A DNA stretch of 64,000 bases from Actinomycetota bacterium. Lineage in GTDB: Bacteria > Actinomycetota > Actinomycetes > Actinomycetales > Microbacteriaceae. The first letter of the stretch is position 1. Each line of letters begins with the position of its first letter. The stretch spans positions 3,760 to 67,759 of the forward strand of contig JBEENY010000001.1 in assembly GCA_041191905.1 (NCBI GenBank), written 5' to 3'. Below, piece by piece: positions 31,237 to 42,547 of this stretch. The notes beneath the pieces were generated by a model. That model was not told the DNA's origin. It made no database searches and saw only the letters and a program-made list of their open reading frames with translations. The position numbers and the translations under genes are program-made.

Positions 31237-32301
31237 CTAAGTATTCACCGACTCAAGAACCAAATCCCTTAGGCGCAGGGTACTGTCAGGAATTCCCTTC
31301 GATCTTGCACTAAGGCCCATTTGTCTGAGCGTCGCTGAGTGCGAAATCAAAGGGATAACTTCCCGTTCTATGTAGGCAGCATCGAAGTCACGATCGAGGC
31401 AGAGAAGACCGCCCCCGGCCTCAGTTACTGAAACGGCGTTGAATTGCTGTTCCCCGTTTCCAATTGGATAAGGGACATAAACAGCTGGTAAGCCGACCGC
31501 ACTGAACTCTGCAACTGTGGAAGACCCAGCCCTGGAGATTGCGAAATCACTTGCCGCGATAGCAGCGTCCATTCGGTCGCAGTAGTTCATCGAGCAATAG
31601 CCGGGCTCCTGCTTGGTGGGAAGATCGGAGCTGTTACCAAGGATGTGCAGCACTTGAATGCCAGCCGCACGAAGCTTTGGCAACGCGGTCACTACGGCAT
31701 CGTTTAGACGCTTGGCACCTAGTGATCCACCAGTGACCAGCAGGGTTGGCAGCGACGGATCTAGGCCCATCTCAACCCGAGCCTGGCCCTTGTCGTAGCC
31801 AGAAATGGACTCCAAGATTTCGGGTCGAATAGGCATTCCTGTTATCGCACCACTTAGGTCGCTGTTTTCAAAGGCAATGGCCACGTACTTGGTGAGCTTG
31901 GCTCCAATCTTGTTGGCAATCCCGGCTTTGGCGTTGGCCTCATGAATCACCAGAGGTTTGCGCGCGAGATAAGCCGCTAAGTAGGCCGGGGCGGATGCAT
32001 ATCCGCCGAAACCAACAACTGCCTCGATGCTGTGCTTGTGGATCAGCTTCATCACACGCAGAGTGGCACGGGCGAATCTGAGTGGAAAAAGAAGGGCTTG
32101 GAGATCTGGCTTCCTAGGAAATGGCAAGCGCTGAATGGTGAGGAGATCAAAGCCGCGCTCTGGCACAAGTCGCGCCTCCAGGCCCTCTTTGGTCCCGAGA
32201 GCCATGACTTCGTGACCCTCGGATCGCAGCTGCTGCGCTAGCGCTAGTAGTGGATTCACGTGCCCGGCGGTCCCACCACCAGCTAATAAAAACTTGGTCA
32301 T
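31237..32301 (-). CDS. murG: Lipid II GlcNAc transferase
   Basis: [27 protein letters not shown]. Confidence 0.96.
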   Translation of the reverse strand: MTKFLLAGGGTAGHVNPLLALAQQLRSEGHEVMALGTKEGLEARLVPERGFDLLTIQRLPFPRKPDLQALLFPLRFARATLRVMKLIHKHSIEAVVGFGGYASAPAYLAAYLARKPLVIHEANAKAGIANKIGAKLTKYVAIAFENSDLSGAITGMPIRPEILESISGYDKGQARVEMGLDPSLPTLLVTGGSLGAKRLNDAVVTALPKLRAAGIQVLHILGNSSDLPTKQEPGYCSMNYCDRMDAAIAASDFAISRAGSSTVAEFSAVGLPAVYVPYPIGNGEQQFNAVSVTEAGGGLLCLDRDFDAAYIEREVIPLISHSATLRQMGLSARSKGIPDSTLRLRDLVLESVNT

Positions 32302-33449
32302 CGTCTAGCGCGCCCTGGGTTGGCCAAGCGATCTCGCTCCACCGCCAAGACCACACCAATTGCCGCCATGGTCGAAATCAGTGATGAACCACCGGCGCTG
32401 ATTAGCGGAAGCGGTACACCCAAAACCGGGAAAACACCGAGGACTACCCCAATGTTGATAAACGCCTGCATCGAAATCCAAACCATGACCGCGGCAACGA
32501 CGTTGCGACTAAATGGGTTGGTTTGGTTCCTGGCAATTGAGAACAAGGTGATTGCCAAAGCAGTGAACAGCAGGATTACAAACAGTGCCCCAATGAGTCC
32601 GAGCTCCTCGCCGATGATCGCGAAGATAAAGTCGTTTTGAACCTCTGGAATCCAAGACCACTTCATCTTCGATCGGCCCAGGCCGGTTCCGAAAATTCCT
32701 CCGTGTGCAAGTGCCCAGGTGCCATGTTCGTATTGCCAACGAACTCCCATAGGGTCAGCCTCTGCCGGGTTAAGCCAAGCAGAAAAACGTGCTAGTCGAG
32801 ACGGCGAAAGCATTACGAGCATCACTGCGGCAGCGCTTCCCGCAACCACTATGCCAAGCCAGGTAGAGAGCTTCATACCTGCGAACAGGAACAGGCCAAG
32901 CAGGGTAACCACCATGACAACACCGGTTCCCATGTCCTTACCCATAACCACAACAAGGAACAGCGAAGCCCCGCTAAAGACAAAGATGCGGGTCCAAATC
33001 TGGCGGTTTTGCATCTCATCGGGCCCAAGTTCGGCAAGCATCAGGGCGAAAGCGAGGATGAGTCCGATTTTGAGAAACTCCGAGGGCTGGATGGAGGTAA
33101 AGCCCAGATCAAGCCAGTTTCGGTTTCCGTTGATTTCGGTTCCAAAAAGCACCGTGAGTAGCTGCAACCCAAGGGTTGACAATAAAAGCAGGTTGGCGGT
33201 GCGCTTATAAAAAGCGAGCGGCAGGTTAGAAGCAATGATCAGGGCCAAGCCACCGATAAGCGCAAATCCACCTTGTCGCACAAATGTTGAGGCAGCGTTT
33301 GAAGTGTTTTTGAATGCGTCCACGGTCGATGCCGACGCGACCATCGCTAGACCTAGAACCCCGATAATCGCGGTTAGGCCAAGCAGAAAGTAAAACTCTC
33401 GTGACTGAGCGCGAAAGCGGGGTTTGATGGCTGACTTTAGGTCTGTCAC
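32298..33449 (-). CDS. ftsW: SEDS peptidoglycan polymerase FtsW
   Basis: NGNRNW..QPSE..K, PEVQNDFIFAIIGEELG, GVPLPLISAGGS. Confidence 0.94.
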   Translation of the reverse strand: MTDLKSAIKPRFRAQSREFYFLLGLTAIIGVLGLAMVASASTVDAFKNTSNAASTFVRQGGFALIGGLALIIASNLPLAFYKRTANLLLLSTLGLQLLTVLFGTEINGNRNWLDLGFTSIQPSEFLKIGLILAFALMLAELGPDEMQNRQIWTRIFVFSGASLFLVVVMGKDMGTGVVMVVTLLGLFLFAGMKLSTWLGIVVAGSAAAVMLVMLSPSRLARFSAWLNPAEADPMGVRWQYEHGTWALAHGGIFGTGLGRSKMKWSWIPEVQNDFIFAIIGEELGLIGALFVILLFTALAITLFSIARNQTNPFSRNVVAAVMVWISMQAFINIGVVLGVFPVLGVPLPLISAGGSSLISTMAAIGVVLAVERDRLANPGRARR

Positions 33450-34870
33450 TTCTCCCCCAATCCTCTTACTGCGCTTTGGAACTTATTACCGCGGTCTTCA
33501 TAGTCCTTGAACTGGTCCATGGATGCTGCGGCTGGAGCGAGCAGCACCGCATCACCTGGCTTGGCCATGGCGGCAGCCTTGGCGACAGCCTGGTCCATAG
33601 GGTTCTCCTCGCGAATCACCACGACATCTAATTCTGGATTCAGCTTGGCGAAGAGCTCCTCTAGGAGCTGCGTGTCCCTACCAATAATCACTGCGCCTCG
33701 GAGCCTTGAGCCATGTTTTTTGATCAGCGGCTCTGGATCAACGCCCTTGAGAAGCCCACCAACAATCCAGACCACCGACTCGAAGCTTGAAAGTGACGCA
33801 TCGGCAGCGTGGGCGTTAGTTGCCTTCGAGTCATCCACGAAAAAGACACCGTTTTGCTCGGCAACTAGTTCGATTCGGTGTCCAGCTATGCGGAAATCTC
33901 GAAGCGCTTGCTTGATGTCGGTTGCGGCCACGCCAACAGCGCGGGCAAGCGCTGTGGCAGCCGCGATGTTTGCGCGTAGGTGCTTACTCGGCACACCAAT
34001 CCCTTGGAGGTCTTCATCGGAGCAAATCTCGAGCGCTGAGTCTGCGCGGTTGTCGATAAACGCCCTATCGACCAAGAATTCTTCGACATAACCAACCATG
34101 GACCGCGCTGGTATGCCAGTGGTGAAGCCAATCGCCCGGCAACCCTCTTCGACATCCGCTTGCTCTGCGGCTTCGAGGGTCTTTGGATCCTCAACGTTAT
34201 AGACGATGGCTGTTTCGGTTCCCTCGAATACCTTGGCCTTCGCGCCAAAATACGCAGTTTCAGAGCCGTGCCAATCCAAGTGATCATCTGCAAAGTTCAA
34301 AAAGGCCGACGCCTTGGCCCCGAGGATGTGACTGTAGTGAAGTTGGAAGCTCGAGAGCTCGACAACCAGGAAGTCATAGCCCTCAGGATCCCTGATGGCA
34401 TCCAAGATTGGATTACCGATGTTTCCGCAGGCTATTGCTCGGTAGCCAGCCTGGGACAGCATTGCCTCGGTGAGCTGGGTTGTGGTTGTCTTGCCATTGG
34501 TACCGGTGATCGTGATCCAGGTTGGCTTTTTCACCTTGTCATCGAGCGCCCGCGCGAGATCGATGTCTGTGTAAATTGAAACTCCGGCTGCGGTTAGCTT
34601 GGCAACCATCGGGTGGGTCGGTGCAAACCCCGGTGACACGATTGCAAAATCAAACTCCTCAGCCGCGAGCATGCCCGGATCATCACTTGGAACTAGATGG
34701 GCACCAATAACATCAATCAGCTCGGCTAGCTCAGGCTCTGCCTTGGCCGCAAACACCGTTATCTGTGAACCCAGTTCGGTGAGGGTGTCTGCCACCGAAA
34801 AGCCTGATTTGCCCAGACCTAAAACTGCAACCTTGAAATTCCAGGCTTCATGCCAGGAGCTTGGCAGCAT
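33446..34870 (-). CDS. murD: UDP-MurNAc-peptide:D-Glu ligase
   Basis: GLGKSG, TGTNGKTTT, ELSSFQL, DDSKATN, APAAASMDQF; start coupled to mraY stop (TGATG). Confidence 0.95.
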   Translation of the reverse strand: MLPSSWHEAWNFKVAVLGLGKSGFSVADTLTELGSQITVFAAKAEPELAELIDVIGAHLVPSDDPGMLAAEEFDFAIVSPGFAPTHPMVAKLTAAGVSIYTDIDLARALDDKVKKPTWITITGTNGKTTTTQLTEAMLSQAGYRAIACGNIGNPILDAIRDPEGYDFLVVELSSFQLHYSHILGAKASAFLNFADDHLDWHGSETAYFGAKAKVFEGTETAIVYNVEDPKTLEAAEQADVEEGCRAIGFTTGIPARSMVGYVEEFLVDRAFIDNRADSALEICSDEDLQGIGVPSKHLRANIAAATALARAVGVAATDIKQALRDFRIAGHRIELVAEQNGVFFVDDSKATNAHAADASLSSFESVVWIVGGLLKGVDPEPLIKKHGSRLRGAVIIGRDTQLLEELFAKLNPELDVVVIREENPMDQAVAKAAAMAKPGDAVLLAPAAASMDQFKDYEDRGNKFQSAVRGLGEK

Positions 34871-35973
34871 CACAGCCCGTAAATCCATTCAAAGTAGAAC
34901 AGGCCAACACCGGCTGAAACACAAAGTGCCGCGATGATCCAGAATCGCACCACGATTGTCACTTCAGCCCAACCCTTTAGTTCAAAGTGGTGATGCAGCG
35001 GTGACATTTTGAATACCCGCTTACCCACACCGGTGCGCCACTTGGTGAACTTGAAGTATCCGCGCTGAATAATCACGGAGCCGGTGACAATCACAAAGAT
35101 TCCACCAATCAGAACCAGAAGCAGCTCAGTTCTCGATAGCACCGCCAGGGCGGCAAGTGCCCCACCAAGGCCTAATGAACCAGTGTCGCCCATAAATAGC
35201 TGGGCCGGAGAGGTGTTGTACCAAAGGAATCCGACGCAAGCGCCGACGATAGCCGCGGCAATAACAGCTAGGTCGAGTGGATCGCGAACCTCGTAACAGG
35301 CTTCGATGTTTTCCACGGCAGTTCTACAGCTCTGGTTGAACTGCCAGAAACCAATAACAACGTAGGCACCTATGGCCATAATCACGGATCCGGTAGCCAA
35401 GCCATCCAGGCCATCGGCAATGTTCACACCATTTGACGTGGAGGCGACGAGGAAATAGATCCACGCGATGAAGAGGCCCATGCCGATGGTGGAGCCCCAG
35501 AAGAACAGGTCGATTGGAAGGTCTCTAAAGAGTGAGATTTGGGTTGACGCGGGAGTCAGGCCGCGGTCATTGGGAAACTGCAGCGCGAATATGGCAAACA
35601 CGACAGCAACCACGCCCTGACCAGCAATCTTGGCCCAACCGGTCAAACCAAGACTCTGCTGCTTGCGAACTTTTAGGAAGTCATCAATAAAGCCGACCGC
35701 TCCCAAACCGAGCATCATGAAAATCACTAGCAAGGCTGACATTGATGGAGTCTCGCCGTTTACCAACTTGGCAACGAAATACCCAACAACAGCGGCAAAA
35801 AGTATGACCAGTCCACCCATGGTTGGCGTTCCACGCTTGGTGTGGTGGGACTGCGGACCGTCATCGCGAATGAACTGACCCCACTGCAAACGCTTGAATG
35901 CCCAAATAAAGGCAGGGGTGAGGAACAGGCTAATAAAAAGCGCAATCGCACCGGCCATCAAAAGAGCTCTCAA
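34870..35973 (-). CDS. mraY: Phospho-MurNAc-pentapeptide transferase
   Basis: [35 protein letters not shown]. Confidence 0.97.
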   Translation of the reverse strand: MRALLMAGAIALFISLFLTPAFIWAFKRLQWGQFIRDDGPQSHHTKRGTPTMGGLVILFAAVVGYFVAKLVNGETPSMSALLVIFMMLGLGAVGFIDDFLKVRKQQSLGLTGWAKIAGQGVVAVVFAIFALQFPNDRGLTPASTQISLFRDLPIDLFFWGSTIGMGLFIAWIYFLVASTSNGVNIADGLDGLATGSVIMAIGAYVVIGFWQFNQSCRTAVENIEACYEVRDPLDLAVIAAAIVGACVGFLWYNTSPAQLFMGDTGSLGLGGALAALAVLSRTELLLVLIGGIFVIVTGSVIIQRGYFKFTKWRTGVGKRVFKMSPLHHHFELKGWAEVTIVVRFWIIAALCVSAGVGLFYFEWIYGL

Positions 35974-37358
35974 GCCGCACCTGCCAATTCATCACCTAGG
36001 AAACGCAAACCGGAGACATTGCTGGATTTAACCAGCACGATATCTCCAGAGGCTAGCTTCGCATTGATGGCCTCGAAACAAGCTGAGGCATTCTCAAAAA
36101 ACTCAGATTCGCCATCCCAGCTTCCCTCTTGGGTGGCGGACATGTGGATGAGCTTTGCCTCTTTCCCAACAACGTAGAGCTTGTCGATGTTGTAGCGAAC
36201 AACCAGTCTTCCAAGGGCCTCGTGCTCGGCGTTGGAGTACTCCCCTAGCTCGGCCATGTAACCAAGCACCGCAATCGTTCGATGGCCCTGTCGGCCAAGC
36301 GTGGCAAGGGTTTGTAGTGCGGCACGCATTGAATCAGGGCTCGCGTTATATGCGTCGTTGATTATCAAGACCCCGTCTTTGCGCAAGATCGGCTGCATCC
36401 TCCAGCGCTCCGCGAGCTCAAGTTCGCTGATCGCGCAGATTGCAAGCTTGCGGTCAACTCCAAGCAAATCGGCCACGGTAAGCGCCGCGGAGGCATTCAT
36501 GGCCTGATGTTCACCGAGGATCTTCAGATCGAAAGCTACGACTTCTCCGTCTGGATATCTAAATCTAACGTTGGTTCCAGCCATCGAGACCTGTGCCGAT
36601 TGCAGCTGATACTGGGCTTCATCGCTGTAGCCAAAGCCATAGCTAGGAACTCCCTCTTTGGGCTGATAGTCCCGTACCACCGGGTCATCAAAATTCAAAA
36701 CAGCTGCCTCAGCGATGAACGGCATCATCTCAGCCTTGATAACCGCCGTTTGTTCAACGCCGCCGAATGCACCTGCGTGGGCCAGTCCAACCTTGAGTTG
36801 AACCCCGATATCTGGCTTGCACCAGGAGGCGAGCTTCTCTATGCTGCCCAGGCCAGCGGCTCCCAGCTCTAGGACCAGATACTCGGTCTGCTCTTCAAGC
36901 TCTAGAACGGTGAGTGGCAGACCAACCTCATTATTAAATGAATCTCTCGGGGCGATAGTTGGCCCAACCTTCGAGAGGATCTCGCGCAGCATGTTCTTTG
37001 TAGAGGTCTTGCCGTTAGAGCCGGTGATGCCCACGACTTTGAGGCCAGATTCGCGTTTTTTCTCAAGCACGTACCTAGCAAGGTCAGTCAGTGCCTGAAC
37101 CGTATCGGTCACTCTGATTTGATTTAGGTCAAGCTCAGGCTGGGGCCTCATTACCAAGGCAACAGCAGCGACTTCAGCTATCGACTCCAAGTAACGATGA
37201 CCATCATCGTGCTCGCCGGGTTTTGCAAAAAACACATCCCCGCGGGTGATGTTCCTAGAGTCAGTGTCACAATGGCCAGCGATTACAAGATCAGGGTCGC
37301 CCCTAACGATCTCGCCATTTGTGGCTGCGGCCAGCTCGCGAAGAGTTAGAGCTAGCAT
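35970..37358 (-). CDS. murF: UDP-MurNAc-tripeptide:D-Ala-D-Ala ligase
   Basis: [33 protein letters not shown]. Confidence 0.95.
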   Translation of the reverse strand: MLALTLRELAAATNGEIVRGDPDLVIAGHCDTDSRNITRGDVFFAKPGEHDDGHRYLESIAEVAAVALVMRPQPELDLNQIRVTDTVQALTDLARYVLEKKRESGLKVVGITGSNGKTSTKNMLREILSKVGPTIAPRDSFNNEVGLPLTVLELEEQTEYLVLELGAAGLGSIEKLASWCKPDIGVQLKVGLAHAGAFGGVEQTAVIKAEMMPFIAEAAVLNFDDPVVRDYQPKEGVPSYGFGYSDEAQYQLQSAQVSMAGTNVRFRYPDGEVVAFDLKILGEHQAMNASAALTVADLLGVDRKLAICAISELELAERWRMQPILRKDGVLIINDAYNASPDSMRAALQTLATLGRQGHRTIAVLGYMAELGEYSNAEHEALGRLVVRYNIDKLYVVGKEAKLIHMSATQEGSWDGESEFFENASACFEAINAKLASGDIVLVKSSNVSGLRFLGDELAGAA

Positions 37359-38755
37359 TTTTCCACCAAACTTTTTGCAATTTCGCGGGCGTCAAACGGG
37401 ACCTTTTGCCCAGCGATCTCACGGTATTTTAGGTGTCCAGGCCCGCACCACAGCACAGCCTCATCGCGTGGCGTGCCAGCAATAGCTGCCGCTACTGCCT
37501 CAGCGGGGTTTGAAACTTCGATGAACTCTTTGTTCTGCGATTCAATACCCTTAGCCACCGCCCGGCGAATCTCGGCTGGATCTTCATCTCGTGGGTGCTG
37601 GTCTGTGAGATAGACACGGCTGGCACTAGCTGCCGCAGCGCCCATTTCAAATCGCTTGCCTTGATCGCGATTGCCGGATGCCCCAAACACCAGCGATACC
37701 CCCGGGTAACGGCTTGCTATCTCAGCCACGGCAGCGGCGATGCCGTCCGGGGTGTGGGCGTAATCGACGTAGACATGAGGTCTAGCCTCAGACACGAGCT
37801 CGAGACGCCCGGGGACTTGAAATCCAGCCGCACTGCTCAGCCGAGTGAGCTTGTATCCCGCCACGTGGAGCATCACTGCGGCAACTGCAAAGTTTCGAGC
37901 CATCAGCTCGCCGCTTGGGAAATCTAGCTCCAGGTTGAGTGCGCCTGTCAGGCGCAGTGCACGAGCTTGAAACTCATATTGAACATCGCCGTCTGGACCA
38001 ATTGTGGTGACGGGGATGGATGCATTCGCTGCTAGCTGTCTTGCGTAATCATCTCCGAGGAACACCACACCGTGATTTGCCCGCTCTGCGGTAAACAGCT
38101 CGGCTTTTGCTGCGAAGTAGGTTCCCATGTCGCCATAGTCATCCATGTGATCTCGACTGAGATTGGTAAAGCCGACCACATCGAATTTCAAACCATCGAC
38201 TCGATGTCTGGTTAGTGCTTGGGCGGAAACCTCTATTGCGGCAGCCTGGCCACCCTCATTCGCAAACCTGTGCAGATATTTGCGCAAAGTGGTGAGCTCT
38301 GGAGTAGTGAGCGACGACGGAAAATGATCGGATGGTGTCGAAAATCCGACAGAGGACGACAATGCCGTTTTTACGCCTTGCGCGGTTAGTAACTCACGAA
38401 GATAAGTGGTGACTGAGGTCTTACCGTTGGTTCCAGTAACTCCAAAAAGCTGCAGGTCCACGGGTCCAAGAATATCCTCGCAAACTTCTCCGAGGATGGT
38501 CTTGGGTGAGGGGTGCACCAACACGGGGATCTCGAGTTCTTCGGCGCTATCGGTGAGGACAGCGACAGCCCCTCGTTGAATTGCCTCGGCTGCAAAGTCG
38601 ATTCCGTGATAACGAGCACCAGCTACCGCAACGAACAGATCCCCCGGCTCAACCTCGCCCGCCGACAGCGATACGCCAGTCAGTGAGACATCTGCCCCAA
38701 CATAATCGACTCCCAGCCGCTGGGCGAGAGCCCTAGTTCCGCTTCTCGACTTCAC
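37352..38755 (-). CDS. murE: UDP-MurNAc-dipeptide:third amino acid ligase
   Basis: TGTNGKT, TTPE, EVSAQAL, NLSRDHMD, VDYAHTPD; variant DQHPR motif. Confidence 0.92.
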   Translation of the reverse strand: MKSRSGTRALAQRLGVDYVGADVSLTGVSLSAGEVEPGDLFVAVAGARYHGIDFAAEAIQRGAVAVLTDSAEELEIPVLVHPSPKTILGEVCEDILGPVDLQLFGVTGTNGKTSVTTYLRELLTAQGVKTALSSSVGFSTPSDHFPSSLTTPELTTLRKYLHRFANEGGQAAAIEVSAQALTRHRVDGLKFDVVGFTNLSRDHMDDYGDMGTYFAAKAELFTAERANHGVVFLGDDYARQLAANASIPVTTIGPDGDVQYEFQARALRLTGALNLELDFPSGELMARNFAVAAVMLHVAGYKLTRLSSAAGFQVPGRLELVSEARPHVYVDYAHTPDGIAAAVAEIASRYPGVSLVFGASGNRDQGKRFEMGAAAASASRVYLTDQHPRDEDPAEIRRAVAKGIESQNKEFIEVSNPAEAVAAAIAGTPRDEAVLWCGPGHLKYREIAGQKVPFDAREIAKSLVEKC

Positions 38756-40514
38756 CGAATGGGCCTGACGGGATATCGCGGGACTTTGTGGTGGAAGGTG
38801 GCACTCGGTAGTGCTTGAGCACCTGCTGCATGATGGCTTTGAATACTGGAGTCGTTTTCATGGAGTTTGTCTCGCCAACTGGACGGAAAATCGTGACTCC
38901 AACTACGTATTGCGGATCTTCGATTGGGGCCACGCCGTAGAAGGAGATAGCGAATCGTCGGCCGTAACCGGAACCTTCTTGCACCTGGGCGGTGCCGGTC
39001 TTGCCACCAACTCGGTAACCGGGAATTGCGGCATTCTTACCCACGCCACCAAACTCAACAACCTTCTCCATTAGCTCAAGAGTGTTCTTGGCTTTGGCTT
39101 CGCTTAGTACGCGAACCGAAGACTGCTTAGGCTGCATTGTTACCTTGCCATCCTCATGGGCACAGCCGGTAACCAGAATTGGATCAAGTTTCACACCACC
39201 GTTAGCAATTGCTTGATAGGCAGAAGCCATTTGGATACCGGTGACCGAAATACCCTGACCGAAAAGTGTCGTGAAGTTGGTCATCTTGTCCCACTCATCA
39301 ACCGGGTGAAGGATGCCAGAGCTCTCACCCTCGAATCTCAGTGCGGTCTGCTTGCCAAATCCAAACTTCTTCAGGTATTCGTAGCGGACCTCCTTATCGA
39401 TCTGTCGACCGAACTGAACCGTAGCGGTGTTTGAGGAGTACCTAAGAACGCCACCGAGGGTTAGGTAGTAGGTCTCGTGACCAAAGCTGTCCTGAACAGA
39501 TCCACCTGGGAAATCTAACTTCAGCGAGTACGGGGCCTTGACCTTATCTCGCTCATTCGCGGTGTTGGTGTCGAGCACCATTGCCACCGTCAATGCCTTC
39601 ATTACAGAGCCTGGTTCAAAGGCTGACTGGAAGATTCTTGATCCACGGTCTTGGGCTTTAGATGCTGCCGGATCATTCGGATCAACCGACGGTGCTTCAG
39701 CGGCGACAATGATCTTGCCGGTTTTGACCTCCATTACAACCGCACTTGCCCAATCCGCTGATAGGTCATTTACAGAATCAGCTAACACCTGCTGGGCAAA
39801 GAATTGCAGGTTTGAATCAATCGTGAGTTTCAGGTTGCCACCGTTTTGGATCGGCTGAGTCACGACGCTCGAGGCTGGGATCCTGACACCTTCCGCGCTG
39901 CGCTCGTAAGTCTCCTGCCCATCAACGCCTGCCAAACAGGTGTTGTATTGGCGCTCCAGCCCGGCCAGTGGCTCTGCATCGGCGCCAACAAAGCCAAGTA
40001 GGTTTCCGGCGACCGCACCGTTTGGATATAGCCGGTCCGCAAATCTATCGAAGTAGATCCATGGAACTCGCAGCTCACGTATCAGGCTGTAGGTCTCTGC
40101 ATCAACCCGTTTTGCCAAGTTTGCGTACTGAGAATCTCCGACTAGCTTCGGTGCAATCTCTTGTGCTGGGATATTTAGAAGTTTCGCGAGCTCTTGCGTA
40201 ATTTGCTCGACAGGTATCTCGGTTCTGGTCCCGTCTTCGGAGTAGCGAATCACAGGGGCCACATTCTTCGGTGCGACGTTGACGTCGTAGCGAAACACTG
40301 TCCTGGCAAGAATTTGGCCGGAGCTGTCTTCAATCTGGCCGCGAAGGGCGGTGAGAGTCTGGGTGACAGAGCGTCGCTCCATCGACTTTTCTTTTATCTC
40401 TGCCGCCTGGACTACTTGGAAGTCAATCAGGCGAACACCAAGGAGTCCGACAAGGACGAGGGTGAAGAGGATGAAGAACCCAAAGCGTCGATTGACACTG
40501 TTTTGGGAACCCAT
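38733..40514 (-). CDS. ftsI: Class B penicillin-binding protein FtsI
   Basis: EPGSVMK (SxxK), SSN (SxN), KTGTA; N-terminal TM. Confidence 0.94.
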   Translation of the reverse strand: MGSQNSVNRRFGFFILFTLVLVGLLGVRLIDFQVVQAAEIKEKSMERRSVTQTLTALRGQIEDSSGQILARTVFRYDVNVAPKNVAPVIRYSEDGTRTEIPVEQITQELAKLLNIPAQEIAPKLVGDSQYANLAKRVDAETYSLIRELRVPWIYFDRFADRLYPNGAVAGNLLGFVGADAEPLAGLERQYNTCLAGVDGQETYERSAEGVRIPASSVVTQPIQNGGNLKLTIDSNLQFFAQQVLADSVNDLSADWASAVVMEVKTGKIIVAAEAPSVDPNDPAASKAQDRGSRIFQSAFEPGSVMKALTVAMVLDTNTANERDKVKAPYSLKLDFPGGSVQDSFGHETYYLTLGGVLRYSSNTATVQFGRQIDKEVRYEYLKKFGFGKQTALRFEGESSGILHPVDEWDKMTNFTTLFGQGISVTGIQMASAYQAIANGGVKLDPILVTGCAHEDGKVTMQPKQSSVRVLSEAKAKNTLELMEKVVEFGGVGKNAAIPGYRVGGKTGTAQVQEGSGYGRRFAISFYGVAPIEDPQYVVGVTIFRPVGETNSMKTTPVFKAIMQQVLKHYRVPPSTTKSRDIPSGPFGEVEKRN

Positions 40515-40520
40515 GGTTAC

Positions 40521-41030
40521 CTACCTAGTTGGAGATGCTGGAATCAAAGTCAAAACTACTTCCCCAGTAACTGGCACAGCGGTTTCAACACTCGAAGTCT
40601 CCAATGATGCAACGGTGGTCTCGGAGAAGTCTGAGACCGTTCCAAGGGCTGAGTTTGCAACTAGGTTCGCGCTAGCGAGTGGAGCATTCGAAGGGTCTGC
40701 TGGTCTTGGCTGACCATAAACCTTGTCCTTTTCAAGATCCAACAGAACCGAGGCTGGGTTAGCAACCATACCCAAACGGTTAGCGGCATCGGCAAGGTTT
40801 TGTGGCGAAGCTAGAGAGTCAACCTCTTCCTGGATGATCTGTACCTGAGTGTTCAGGTCGCGCTTCTGAGCTTTTAGTTCCGCCAGGTGGTAGGCATCCT
40901 GCGTCAAAACCATGTTTAGGCCAAGCTGTGCGAGGTAGACGACAATCATGCCGAGAACGAAGATCAGCCCAGCGGAAAGCTTTGGTCGAAGTCGCTTCGC
41001 CTCATTTGGTGATACAAGAAATACAGCCAT
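40521..41030 (-). CDS. ftsL: FtsL-like cell division protein
   Basis: TM plus coiled coil ending LASPQNLADAANRLGM; between rsmH and ftsI. Confidence 0.75.
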   Translation of the reverse strand: MAVFLVSPNEAKRLRPKLSAGLIFVLGMIVVYLAQLGLNMVLTQDAYHLAELKAQKRDLNTQVQIIQEEVDSLASPQNLADAANRLGMVANPASVLLDLEKDKVYGQPRPADPSNAPLASANLVANSALGTVSDFSETTVASLETSSVETAVPVTGEVVLTLIPASPTR

Positions 41031-41974
41031 TAGTTGCCCTCTACCTTTTCTCCAGCCCGCAGCCTTGCGGAGGCAGCGCGTGGGTTTTGATCAAGCTCAC
41101 GCTCGCCACTTCGCTCCACGCCGCGAGTGATGATTTTGAAAACTGGTGCAGTGCCCGGTAGCTCAATTGGCATCTCAACTGGGGTCGAGCTGGTGGCAGC
41201 TAGTTGCATCGCATCCTTGACGATGCCGTCCTCCAGAGAGTGGTAAGACATCACAACCAGACGACCGCCGACTTTCAGGGCATCGATTGCCTGGGGAACC
41301 GCGCGCTCCAAAATGCCAAGCTCGTCATTGACTGCAATTCGCAGTGCCTGATACACCCGCTTGGCAGGGTGACCTGATTGCTTGCCGGGAACCACCGGAA
41401 CCACAGAGCTGACAATCTTGTTCAGCTGTGCGGAGGCGCTAATTGGCTCGAGAGCGCGCTGCGCCACAATCTTGCGAGCGATTGGCATTGCGAAGCGCTC
41501 TTCACCGTAAACCTTGAAAATTCTCGCTAGCTCGCGCTCATCGAGATCAGCAAGGAGGTCAGCTGCGGTCTCTCCACGAGTCTGGTCCATACGCATATCG
41601 AGGTCGCTGTCTTGCGAGTAGCTGAAGCCTCGATCAGCCTGATCCAACTGCATTGAGCTCACGCCTAGATCCATGAGGATGCCATCCACGCTCCATGGCT
41701 TGGCAATCTGGTCAATTTCGTCATAGGTTCCGAAGTGAGCCTGGAACCGTTCGCCAAAGTGAGCAAGCCTAGCCTTAGACAGCTCGAGGGCTGCTGGGTC
41801 TCGGTCAATGCCGATGACCGTTAGCTGTGGGTGCTCGTTGAGAAGCGCCTCGGTGTGACCGCCGAGCCCCAAAGTGGCATCGATAACCAAGGCTGGCTTG
41901 TTCTCAATTGCTGGTCTGAGTAGCTCAAGGCAACGATCTAGTAGAACTGGGATGTGGAGGGATGCAGTGACCAT
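41030..41974 (-). CDS. rsmH: 16S rRNA m4C1402 methyltransferase
   Basis: HIPVLL, DATLGLGGH, DLGVSSMQLD, YHSLED, NPRAASARLR. Confidence 0.97.
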   Translation of the reverse strand: MVTASLHIPVLLDRCLELLRPAIENKPALVIDATLGLGGHTEALLNEHPQLTVIGIDRDPAALELSKARLAHFGERFQAHFGTYDEIDQIAKPWSVDGILMDLGVSSMQLDQADRGFSYSQDSDLDMRMDQTRGETAADLLADLDERELARIFKVYGEERFAMPIARKIVAQRALEPISASAQLNKIVSSVVPVVPGKQSGHPAKRVYQALRIAVNDELGILERAVPQAIDALKVGGRLVVMSYHSLEDGIVKDAMQLAATSSTPVEMPIELPGTAPVFKIITRGVERSGERELDQNPRAASARLRAGEKVEGN

Positions 41975-41994
41975 AGTTTTCCCATTTGTTCTTT

Positions 41995-42089
41995 CCTGGA
42001 ACTTGGTCCCTGTCCGTCTGTGAGCTTGGTTTTCACAGGTTCCGGCTTAGGGGAAGAAAGTCGGATACGGCCAAGGGCCAAATCCCAGG
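41995..42089 (-). ncRNA. mraW RNA motif (structured cis element upstream of rsmH)
   Basis: Outer stem CCUGGGAUUUGGCCCU/AGGGACCAAGUUCCAGG, hairpin UCCG...CUUCCCC...CGGA, hairpin CUGUGA...UCACAG; position and CUUCCCC match the actinobacterial motif. Confidence 0.75.
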
Positions 42090-42090
42090 T

Positions 42091-42522
42091 TTAGAACAGT
42101 CCGGGGATCACCTCCTCCACCTGATTTGCGAAGGATTCCTCGTTCTTGGCCAGGTACTCAGACCAGGCCTCGGCATCCCAGATCTCGGCCCTGGAGCCGA
42201 CACCGATGATTACTAGTTCCTTAGTCAACCCCGCGTACTGACGAAGTAGAGATGGAAGCGATACGCGTCCCTGCTTGTCCACAGTCTCGTCGGATGCACC
42301 AGAGAGCATGACGCGCATGTAGTCGCGAGCGTCTTTGACTGAAGCTGGTGCCTGACGGAGCTTTTCCATGATTGAAGCAAACTCTTTTGCTGGGAATACG
42401 TAGAGGCAGCGCTCCTGCCCGCGAGTGATTACAACGCCGTCAGATAGCTCATCTCTGAACTTAGCTGGGAGGAAAAGACGGCCCTTGTCATCAAGCTTTG
42501 GGGTATGAGTACCTAGCAGCAT
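42091..42522 (-). CDS. mraZ: Division/cell-wall cluster repressor MraZ
   Basis: [30 protein letters not shown]; 143 aa from ATG 42522. Confidence 0.97.
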   Translation of the reverse strand: MLLGTHTPKLDDKGRLFLPAKFRDELSDGVVITRGQERCLYVFPAKEFASIMEKLRQAPASVKDARDYMRVMLSGASDETVDKQGRVSLPSLLRQYAGLTKELVIIGVGSRAEIWDAEAWSEYLAKNEESFANQVEEVIPGLF

Positions 42523-42547
42523 TGCTATTTCCCCTTCCCAAGCTTTA

